Source of the DNA: a virus
Taxonomy: Duplodnaviria > Heunggongvirae > Uroviricota > Caudoviricetes
IMG/VR virus record: IMGVR_UViG_2778261448_000009
Location: 1 to 35,006 of that record
Direction: 5' to 3' (one strand)
DNA length: 35,006 bases
The first letter of the stretch is position 1. Each line of letters opens with the position of its first letter. Position numbers and translations under genes: made by a program. Under the pieces are notes generated by a model. It was not told the origin of the DNA. It saw only the letters and a program-made list of their open reading frames with translations, and ran no database searches. Below, piece after piece: positions 17,496 to 25,900 of this stretch.

Positions 17496-17615
17496 ACTAA
17501 CGAAGAACTTCCCGAACCGGAACCACAGCCGGAACATGAAGCGGTGGTGATTCCAGAAGTAGAAGAAGTTACGGCGAAAGCCACAGCTAAACGAAGCCGC
17601 AAGGCTAAAGATTAA
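17496..17615 (+). other. in-frame 39-codon extension after the tail-tube TGA stop (candidate readthrough product TNEELPEPEPQPEHEAVVIPEVEEVTAKATAKRSRKAKD)
   Basis: Open to TAA at 17613-17615; shares NEELPE and VTAKATAK with the capsid extension; identical 24-nt core GTTACGGCGAAAGCCACAGCTAAA. Confidence 0.5.
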
Positions 17616-17620
17616 TTATA

Positions 17621-17648
17621 AGCCCTGCCTTAATGGTGGGGCTTTTTT
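17621..17648 (+). terminator. rho-independent terminator
   Basis: AGCCCTGCC-TTAAT-GGTGGGGCT then TTTTTT. Confidence 0.75.
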
Positions 17649-17663
17649 ATTGGAGTAATCAAA

Positions 17664-18170
17664 ATGGCGAATGTCGTTAATAAGCCTGGCTGGGTCGGGT
17701 CATCTGCTGTTTCTGTAACTGGTCAACGATGGATGAGCGCAGCAATGAACGCATTAAAGGTTAGTCGCCCAGCTAACATGAGTGCGATGTGTGGTCGTGG
17801 TATGGATACGGTTGTAGCTACTGCTGCGTGGACTACTTCATTGGGTAATAACTGGGGTGTAACTGCTTCAAACTATCCAGTAACTGACATGCGCGGTAAA
17901 GGATCTATGGAGAACCCCGAAAACGTGGGCGTAGGGCGTCTGATTGGCGTTATCGTTGGTCAATTCAATGGTGGTACTCCTACTATGGCTGTATATCTCC
18001 AGAACGGTAGAGCGGGGAATATAACCGTTAATTTGGGTGGTGCTGCTGTCACTGTTCCTTATAACAGTATGCAAAGTGGTTTTCATTACTATTGGTTAAG
18101 CAATCCTCCGGCTGCTTTCCTAACAAATATTAAGAAGGCTGGCACTAAGCAGACTTTGAAAATCTCTTAA
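17664..18170 (+). CDS. hypothetical structural protein, 168 aa
   Basis: RBS GGAG before the ATG; sits between the tube and chaperone genes; Gly/Thr/Val-rich, beta-rich composition; no family recognised. Confidence 0.4.
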   Translation: MANVVNKPGWVGSSAVSVTGQRWMSAAMNALKVSRPANMSAMCGRGMDTVVATAAWTTSLGNNWGVTASNYPVTDMRGKGSMENPENVGVGRLIGVIVGQFNGGTPTMAVYLQNGRAGNITVNLGGAAVTVPYNSMQSGFHYYWLSNPPAAFLTNIKKAGTKQTLKIS

Positions 18171-18215
18171 ATTCTAAATAAATACAGCGTAATCACTATT
18201 AATGAGGAAACAATA

Positions 18216-18524
18216 ATGAATCTGAATGAAATGCTGAAAGCTCTTTCTCCGAAACGTGAATCTTTAACCCTCGGCGGATTTACGTTCTATGCTCGCCCTA
18301 TGTCGGTGCAAGAATTTAATGAACATGTTTTCAATACTGATAAAAAAGACCGTGATGAACGCTCTATTCTTCGTTGTATTGAAGATGAAGACGGTAAGCC
18401 AGTATTTGAATCTATTGAACAAGTTAAGGCACTGTATACTAGCGTCCGCAGTGAATTAATCGGCTTAGTTGCTCAAGCATCATTGATGAAAGATGCGGCG
18501 GTAATTGAAAACGAGGTAAAGTAA
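18216..18524 (+). CDS. tail assembly chaperone, gpG-like, 102 aa
   Basis: Immediately upstream of the tape measure gene; RBS GAGGAA; followed by a -1 frame ORF with no RBS of its own. Confidence 0.6.
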   Translation: MNLNEMLKALSPKRESLTLGGFTFYARPMSVQEFNEHVFNTDKKDRDERSILRCIEDEDGKPVFESIEQVKALYTSVRSELIGLVAQASLMKDAAVIENEVK

Positions 18525-18907
18525 ACCCGCTCTTGAATTTTTATTTTCGGCAAATGATGCGTCGGGGCTTGAGTAAAGATGAGATGGATAATATGCCAAT
18601 TACGCTATTTTGGGCGTTGCATATATTCGATACATATCTTGAACCACAAAGCCCCCTATATCAAGATGCGCGACATGCACAGTCGATGTATTACATGCAC
18701 GTTACATCTCCTAACATGACTCGTGAATGGTTGAATAAAATCAATGTTAACCAATTCCGAATGATTAAGGACGACAAGCAATTTAAAACGCAAGAAGAAA
18801 TAAAAGAAATTGCTCGTAAGAAAGAGGAAGAACGTAACTCTGCTTTGGTTGATAGTTATTTCGACGCTTCATTATTACAAAAGCTCAAGAGCGGTCAATT
18901 GGGGTAA
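18518..18907 (+). CDS. gpT-like -1 frame extension of the tail assembly chaperone (GT fusion by programmed -1 frameshift)
   Basis: The -1 frame is open from 18509 to TAA at 18905; proposed slip at A-AAG (18518-18521) with the zero-frame TAA in the A site; the only start the ORF finder found is TTG at 18533 with no Shine-Dalgarno. Confidence 0.5.
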   Translation, partial: KVNPLLNFYFRQMMRRGLSKDEMDNMPITLFWALHIFDTYLEPQSPLYQDARHAQSMYYMHVTSPNMTREWLNKINVNQFRMIKDDKQFKTQEEIKEIARKKEEERNSALVDSYFDASLLQKLKSGQLG

Positions 18908-18910
18908 TTT

Positions 18911-21265
18911 ATGACAAAACATATAGTAACAATAGAAGGGGATAATAAAGGTCTAAGGAGAAGTACCAATCAGGCGATAGAGATGCTTGATAACCTTTCA
19001 GAAAGGGCAATGAATCTTGATTTGTCTGGTGGTTTATCTAGTTTAAGTGGAACCCTTCGCGGAACTGGTGGATCGCTTGCTTTGGCTGCTGGTGGTTTTG
19101 TTGGTTTGGCTGCTGGCGCTATTTCTGCTGCAAATGCCATCGGTGATTATGTAAAGGAATACAGCGAAGTTTCAAAAGCAACTGGTTTAACCGTCGAAAC
19201 ACTCCAGAAATTAGAGAAGCAATTCTCCGGTACTGGCTTAACCGTTGAGAAATTTGGTGATATTAACAAAGACACCTTAGATAAGCTGGCTGATGCATGG
19301 CGTAACGGTGGCGGTATTGAAGACGACCTAGAAAGTGTAGGTTTGAAGATTAAAGATTATGCCGAGTTTATGAACGATCCACAAGGCGGGATGAAAGCGG
19401 CGATCAAGGTCTTCTATGATATGCGCAAGGCTGGTGCGTCTATCGCTGATGTTAAGTTTATGATGGAATCGTTAGCCAGTGATTCAAGTCATATGGCTGA
19501 TGAATTGCAGAAATACGGATCTTATCAGGAAGCTGTAAACGCCATTAATCAGCAAACTGTTAAAATCACCAATGACACAGCCGAAGAATATAATAAATTC
19601 TCTAAAAATATGGATACCCTTACCGATAACTTAAAGGGTATGGCTGCAAATGCACTAAATCCAGTTGTTGAAGGGATGAATAATCTTTACAACTGGTTTG
19701 ATAAAGATTGGGAAAAGACCGCTTTATTCAACGCATTAAAGACTTTTAATGAAAGGTTTGAAAAAGCTCGCCAGAATATGGCTATGGCTAACGGTGGTTT
19801 TATTAACAAGCATGGTTATAGTTCTACTGGTCTAGCGGGTGGACAAGCCAGCTTCAACAATAAACCAAATTATCCTGATCGTTGGGTGGATAGTGAAGGC
19901 GTTACCCGTGATAAAAACGGTGATCCGGTAATTACTATCACTGGAAATAAATCGGATACCGGATTTACCCCAACGGGTCAAGGTGGAGGCGTCACCGGAC
20001 CATCGAAAAAAGAACAAGAAGAAGCCAAGAAGAAAGCGGAAGAGGCAGCTAAAAAGGCTAAGGAAGCCGCAGAAAAAGCACAGAAAGCACGCGAGGATGC
20101 AATCAAGCGACTGAATGCTCTTGATGTTAAATTGCAAGGACAGACAGCCGCGTCTATTGCTTCTCAAAACAAGCAGTTAGAAGCCAGCTTGAAAGATTTA
20201 GACACTGCTTTAGATATGGGCTTAATCTCTCAGCAAGACGCAGCCGCTAAACGTCAGCAACTGTTAGATCAGAACGCAGAAAACATCTATAAAATGATGT
20301 TGGGTGCTGATCCGATTGATGCTCTGAATGCCTTAACAGTTTTGCAACAAATCAGGGACAACGAGCTAGAAAGCCATAAACGGTTACTTGATGGTAAAGC
20401 TATCTCCTACGAAGAATATATGCGTCGTGTGAATGATACCGAGCAAAACTATTCTCAGATTGATAGTCAGTTACAGGGAATGGATGGTTTTAAAACCAAT
20501 CAATTGACTAATAGCTTAGACTATCAGGATTCAAATAACCCGTTTGCTAAATTTAATGCAATCGATCAAGAGAAATCGGAAGCTGAACAAGATTATAAGA
20601 CCGAAAAACTCAATATTGATGGTATTAATGATCCAGCTAAACGGATGGCTGCATTAGAAAAACTCAATGAAAACCATCAAAAACGGATGGCTGCAATTGA
20701 AAAGAAATATGCTGATGCTCGCCAGTCAATAGCCGATGATATGTATGGCGGTTTTGCTGCTGCAATGACTCTCTTCGGGCAGGAAAACACTAAAGCTATG
20801 CAGATGGCTTTCAATGCTCATAAAGCATTCTCCATTGGACAAGCGACGGTGAACATGTGGACGGCTGCTACCGATGCATGGAACGATCCGACCAACGTAA
20901 CCACAGGACAAAAGATCGCTGCTGCTGCATTGGCTGTTTCTCAGAACATGGGGAACATCGCAAACATCAAGTCTACTAACGTTAGCGGTATGGCTCATGA
21001 TGGTATCGATAATATCCCTCGTGAGGGTACATGGTTGCTTGATAAGGGTGAACGAGTAGTTGATCAGCGTACTAACGGTGATTTGAAAGACTTCCTTGCT
21101 GCTCAAAAATCAGGCGGTGGCAACTCTCAGCCGATTGAAGTTAACGCACCTTTGAACATTAACGGCAACGTTAATAGCTCAGACAAGATGGTCATGGATG
21201 CTATCAAACGTCACGCTAAGTTAGTTGCTCAGGCGGTAGAAGACGCACAACGCCGTAAGATGTAA
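18911..21265 (+). CDS. tail tape measure protein, 784 aa
   Basis: Position after G/GT; long helical Ala/Lys/Glu-rich repeats (KKEQEEAKKKAEEAAKKAKEAAEKAQKARE); Gly-rich N-terminal segment. Confidence 0.8.
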   Translation: MTKHIVTIEGDNKGLRRSTNQAIEMLDNLSERAMNLDLSGGLSSLSGTLRGTGGSLALAAGGFVGLAAGAISAANAIGDYVKEYSEVSKATGLTVETLQKLEKQFSGTGLTVEKFGDINKDTLDKLADAWRNGGGIEDDLESVGLKIKDYAEFMNDPQGGMKAAIKVFYDMRKAGASIADVKFMMESLASDSSHMADELQKYGSYQEAVNAINQQTVKITNDTAEEYNKFSKNMDTLTDNLKGMAANALNPVVEGMNNLYNWFDKDWEKTALFNALKTFNERFEKARQNMAMANGGFINKHGYSSTGLAGGQASFNNKPNYPDRWVDSEGVTRDKNGDPVITITGNKSDTGFTPTGQGGGVTGPSKKEQEEAKKKAEEAAKKAKEAAEKAQKAREDAIKRLNALDVKLQGQTAASIASQNKQLEASLKDLDTALDMGLISQQDAAAKRQQLLDQNAENIYKMMLGADPIDALNALTVLQQIRDNELESHKRLLDGKAISYEEYMRRVNDTEQNYSQIDSQLQGMDGFKTNQLTNSLDYQDSNNPFAKFNAIDQEKSEAEQDYKTEKLNIDGINDPAKRMAALEKLNENHQKRMAAIEKKYADARQSIADDMYGGFAAAMTLFGQENTKAMQMAFNAHKAFSIGQATVNMWTAATDAWNDPTNVTTGQKIAAAALAVSQNMGNIANIKSTNVSGMAHDGIDNIPREGTWLLDKGERVVDQRTNGDLKDFLAAQKSGGGNSQPIEVNAPLNINGNVNSSDKMVMDAIKRHAKLVAQAVEDAQRRKM

Positions 21266-21270
21266 TTAAA

Positions 21271-21315
21271 AGCCCCCATAGTCATAAATAATCATAAAAC
21301 TATGGGGGCTTTTCT
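21271..21315 (+). terminator. long hairpin after the tape measure gene whose 3' arm contains the Shine-Dalgarno of the next gene
   Basis: 11-bp perfect stem AGCCCCCATAG/CTATGGGGGCT with an 18-nt loop, then TTTTCT, then ATG at 21316; GGGGG at 21304-21308 lies in the stem. Confidence 0.5.
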
Positions 21316-21876
21316 ATGTTCAAATCCAAGAATATTAAAATCACAGATTTTACTCTTAAATCAAAACAACCTTTCTTCAAGGCGCAATCTATCTCCGGTA
21401 AGTTCCAGCGTCGCTTTACTGGCATCCATTTTTACGAAGCAGAATTTACCGCGAATTACATGGCTCAGGATATTAACGAAGTAAAAGAATTTGTAGCACG
21501 TCACCTTTTTGGTCGTCCTTTTAGTGTGCCACTGTCTTACTTTTCAAAATATACAGGTGATGTACGCCAGATGGTTACGGCTGCTGCTGGTACTGCTCGC
21601 GGTGGGCGCAAGGTAAGACTCTCCAACTTCACCGGAACACTGAAAGCGGGAACTATCATCCAGTTTGAGAACCACAAGAAAATCTACACGATCACCGAAG
21701 ACGTGAAATCAGGTGGTGAAATGAAACTCTTCCCTAACTTGCGCCAAAACGTCCTAGCGGGTGAGGTGATCAAGTATCAGAACGTAGAGGGCGAATTTCT
21801 TCTCAAAACAGAAAACATCGATTGGAAGATCGCCCAGATTGGCAAGATGAAATTCGAATTAGTGGAGAATGTATAA
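21316..21876 (+). CDS. minor tail protein (lambda gpM position), 186 aa
   Basis: Synteny after the tape measure gene; TAA stop overlaps the next ATG (TAATG). Confidence 0.5.
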   Translation: MFKSKNIKITDFTLKSKQPFFKAQSISGKFQRRFTGIHFYEAEFTANYMAQDINEVKEFVARHLFGRPFSVPLSYFSKYTGDVRQMVTAAAGTARGGRKVRLSNFTGTLKAGTIIQFENHKKIYTITEDVKSGGEMKLFPNLRQNVLAGEVIKYQNVEGEFLLKTENIDWKIAQIGKMKFELVENV

Positions 21877-22529
21877 TGGCAACTATTCAAGAATCATTCA
21901 GCAAACTATGCACCAATCTGGACTTCATCGAGGTCTACAACGACCAGACAGGGCAGAATGTATCTAGATTGACGCTACCGCAACTTTTCTCCACTGGATC
22001 GATGTTTCACATTATCGAAGCAGTCACCGCGTCAGGGGACGTTCTACGGCTTACAGATGGGTATTTCGATTTGGACTATAACGGTTTTACGTATCTCGCA
22101 ACGGGTGATTTTCTTCAAATCTCATCGAATACCGAAGAGAAGGAGATCAACAACAACGGGATCAACGTAACTGTTTCTAACGTTCGCGAGGAATACATTA
22201 CCTTGATTCGTAACAAGCAATTCGATAAATCTGATGTGAAAATCGAGATGGTTTTCCTGAACCCTAACACGGGCAAGGTTGAAACCACTTACCCTGTTTT
22301 CCGTGGGGTAGTCGATTCCATCGGGATTAACATCGAACATGAAGATGATGAGTGTAAAAACGAATCTGAATTTCAGCTTAATAGTATCTGGGAAGTTCTA
22401 GATAAAAACGCTCGTAGTCATGCTTCTGATGGTATCCACCGATCCTATGTTGGAAACGAGAACGATCTATTCTTCTCCCGTGCCGGGAAGTGGAACTCAG
22501 AATCAAAATGGTTTAGCTCTAAGAAATAA
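21876..22529 (+). CDS. minor tail protein (lambda gpL position), about 217 aa
   Basis: I place the start at the ATG at 21876 (MATIQESF), in frame with but downstream of the track start at 21822, because it overlaps the upstream stop as TAATG. Confidence 0.5.
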   Translation: MATIQESFSKLCTNLDFIEVYNDQTGQNVSRLTLPQLFSTGSMFHIIEAVTASGDVLRLTDGYFDLDYNGFTYLATGDFLQISSNTEEKEINNNGINVTVSNVREEYITLIRNKQFDKSDVKIEMVFLNPNTGKVETTYPVFRGVVDSIGINIEHEDDECKNESEFQLNSIWEVLDKNARSHASDGIHRSYVGNENDLFFSRAGKWNSESKWFSSKK

Positions 22530-22575
22530 TCCCTTCTCCCTAAGCCTAGTAAATAACTGCATGGAGGTATTCAAC

Positions 22576-22995
22576 ATGCTAAAAACTAGGCTTATCACCG
22601 ATTACATCAATTCTTTAATAGGTCAGGAGTTCGTTCAAGGTGAGAATGATTGCAATCTAATTGCATGTAAGATCATCGATATTCTCGCTGGTACTGACCT
22701 ATATAATTCTCTTTATAAAAAATATTCAACTAAAGAAGAAGGCTTGAAAATCTGCAAAGAATTAAGCGGGTATTCAAATATCCTTCAACCAATTAAGAAA
22801 CATTTCAAATTAGTCACTGATGATTTACAGGACGGCGACTTACTGGTCACAGCCCACAAATTAGGAAACCGTAATTATTATTCCGTAGTTCCTCATTATT
22901 CCGGTTATGGCCTCGTTGAAGAAGATGGTATCTGGATGACCATTCCTGTTTCAGACATTGACTATGAACAAGTTTATAGATTCGGGGGTGAATAA
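22576..22995 (+). CDS. tail tip assembly protein, NlpC/P60-like (lambda gpK C-terminal-domain-like), about 139 aa
   Basis: GENDCNLIAC and DLQDGDLLV parallel lambda gpK GVTDCYTL and AQPGDVLLC as I recall them; GGAGG 8 nt before the ATG at 22576, which is in frame with the longer track ORF 22420-22995. Confidence 0.5.
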   Translation: MLKTRLITDYINSLIGQEFVQGENDCNLIACKIIDILAGTDLYNSLYKKYSTKEEGLKICKELSGYSNILQPIKKHFKLVTDDLQDGDLLVTAHKLGNRNYYSVVPHYSGYGLVEEDGIWMTIPVSDIDYEQVYRFGGE

Positions 22996-25900
22996 TGGGA
23001 TTTGAAGTATTGGTAGGCGCGGTTATTGCTGGTGCTTCGGCGGGGATGGCGGCAGCCGCAACATTTTCGGTTATGACCGCAGTCGCTATCGGTATGGCTG
23101 CTGGTGCAATGACCTTGATCGCTTCCACTGTAGGCGCACCAAAAACACCGAAAGTACAAAGCCCGGATAATGCGGTGACACTAGGAACATCAAACGATCC
23201 TAAGACAGTATTACCCGTTCTTTTTGGTACTACCCGCACGGGTGCAATCTGCGTTTATAAGGCAATTTCCAAGCAAGAAAACAATAAGTTAGTGCAAATC
23301 TTCGCAATTGCCGAGGGTGAAATCGACCATTACAAAGCACTGTTTATCGATAACAAAAATGTTCTTGTTGGTAAGAACATGACGATCCGTGATGGTGTAC
23401 TGGACAAAGGCAACATTAAAGAAGAATATCGGAAAGTCTTAGAAGTTGAGTTCCGCACTGGTAAGAATCCTAACACCGCTTTGTCACTGGCAAAACGTCA
23501 TTTAGGATCAGACTGGAACGACAACTACAAAGGCAATGGTATTGCAACCATGTGTATTGTTTTACGCCGTGATGATAAATCTCTTGCTGCTGGTGTTGAT
23601 ATTCTCCAGCCAAATAGCCAGGTAGCGGTAGACGTTTGCGGCCTTAAAATTCGTAACCTTGAAACCAATGCTATTGAGGCTAGCACTAACGGCGTGGATC
23701 AGATTTTCCACTACCTAACAAATGAAAAATATGGCTTATCCGTACCAATTGAAAACATCAACGTTGATTCATTCCTGAAAGTACGTAAACAAGTACGCCA
23801 GATGGACCTACATTCAAACGGGGCATGTGATCCGAACGCCAGCTTTAAAGAGAACTTGACTAGCCTTATGCAGACTTTCGGCGGGGTGATGTTCGAATCC
23901 TTTGGACGTATTACCCTGAAACTGGATGCTCCTGATATTGTTAAGCATACCTTCAATGAAGACAATATTATGATGGGGAAAGTATCACTGAAAACAGGTG
24001 GCACTAACGGTTATTTCAATACCATTAACGCGATGTATCAGGAACCATCAATCGACTATTCCGAGCAAATGCTACGTTATCCGGCTGATGCTGAAAACGA
24101 TGCTACTATTCGTCAAGATGGTCGAATTATCGCTAAAGATATTGAATATCGTTTTGTTAAGTCTAAAGACCAGATTGATAAACTTGCGAGCATTGAACGA
24201 AATAAATCTCGTATCACTCAGGTTATCAGCTTTATGACTACTGACGCATTCACTGCCGAAGTTTGGGACGTTATCAGCGTAACCTATGATGAATTGAAGC
24301 TGAATAATTCCTTATGGCGTATTACTGCAATTGATCGCTCGATTGATTCTGGTATTGCTGGGATGATGACTATCACCGCCACAGAATATAATTCTCAGGT
24401 TTATACTGACCTGAACTATGCGGCAACTCCAGACAATAGACCAAGTGGTTTACCGGATTCAATGACAGTACAGAAGCCTACTAATTTCAGGATTAAGGCA
24501 ACTGGTGAGACGATTTACGGTAAAAACGTTACTTTGACATGGGATGCACCGGAAGATTTTAACCGTTATGGTTTCCAGATTGATTACCGTGTAAGTGGAT
24601 CGCCTAACTGGATTAAGCTGGGACAGACTTCACAGCAAATTTTCAGTGTCAATGCACTGGCTAAAGATCGCTCTTATGATTACCGAGTTTGTGCTTTCGG
24701 TATCATCGCTCGATCCGATTGGGTAGAACTGATTAACCAGAATCCTACTGTTACCTATGAATTGCCGACTCCGGTTATTCGAATCAAAAATCAGGGTAGC
24801 ACGCCAGGAACTTTCGAAGGTAATGATCTGATTATCGAATGGGAAAATCAGCAACAATTAGATGTTGAGATCAACGGTGAAACTAACAAGTTTAGTGACC
24901 TGTTTGAAGCATACATTATCAAGGTGACTAACAAGGCTGGTAAGTCTATTCAGTACCGTACCCGCGATCCTGAATCATGGACTTATACGCTTGATATGAA
25001 CCAGTTTAACGGCCTTTCGCGTCAACTGACGGTAGAAGTATCGGCTAAGGGCTATAACAACTCAGAGAGCGCCCCAGCGCGTTTAGTGGCTATCAACCCA
25101 CAACATAAGCCAATGAAAGGTTTTAGTGCGCGTGGTGGCTTTAATAGTGTGTTTGTTAGCTGGGCAGATGACGTAGAACATGATTATGCAGGGTCAATCA
25201 TCCAGTATGCAACCGATAACACTTTCTCCGATGCAAGGGCAGTAAGCACGAATAGTGTTAGCCATACTTCCTTTGATATTGCTGACGGTGATTATTATAT
25301 CCGTGGTGCTCACTACGATATTTTCGGTATGGATGATGCTGTTTGGTCTGAACCGTATTTCATGCAAATGAAATCTACCATTAGCTGGGACGATCAGGAC
25401 AAAGAAGCACTGGAAGACCTGATTGGTTTACAAGACCGCTTAGATGAAACTATCGCGGATGCTATTGCTCAAGCTGGCGCTAATGCCGATGCTAAAATTG
25501 ATGCAATGCATAAGCAAATCACTACCGAAACAGGGCAGACGGTCCAAGCCTCAGCCAATACCTTAAAGAGTCTGATTGCTACCAGCGAGCAAGCTAGCTC
25601 CACTAAGATTGATCAGGTTAAAGCTGAACTGAAAGGCGATATTAAGTCCGAAGTCAGCGCATCTGCTACTACCCTGAAACAAGCAATTGCTACCAGTGAG
25701 GCAGCAAGCGCAAGCAAGATTGATCAAGTTCGGGTAGAAATGGATGGCAAGATTGCTGGTGTGAATCAGGAAGCAGATGTAAAAATCGATGCTTTGAAGG
25801 GAACCATTAACAGCAAATATAATCTGGCGGTTAATGCAGATGGTCGCGTGGCTGGTATTCACATGAGCGCAACCAACGATCCGGCACAACCGACGAGAAT

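Noticed and set aside
18533-18907. gpT-like ORF as an independent gene starting at TTG 18533
   Set aside because: There is no Shine-Dalgarno upstream, the upstream -1 frame is open back to 18509, and the synteny matches the lambda G/GT frameshift arrangement, so a fusion is more likely than independent initiation.
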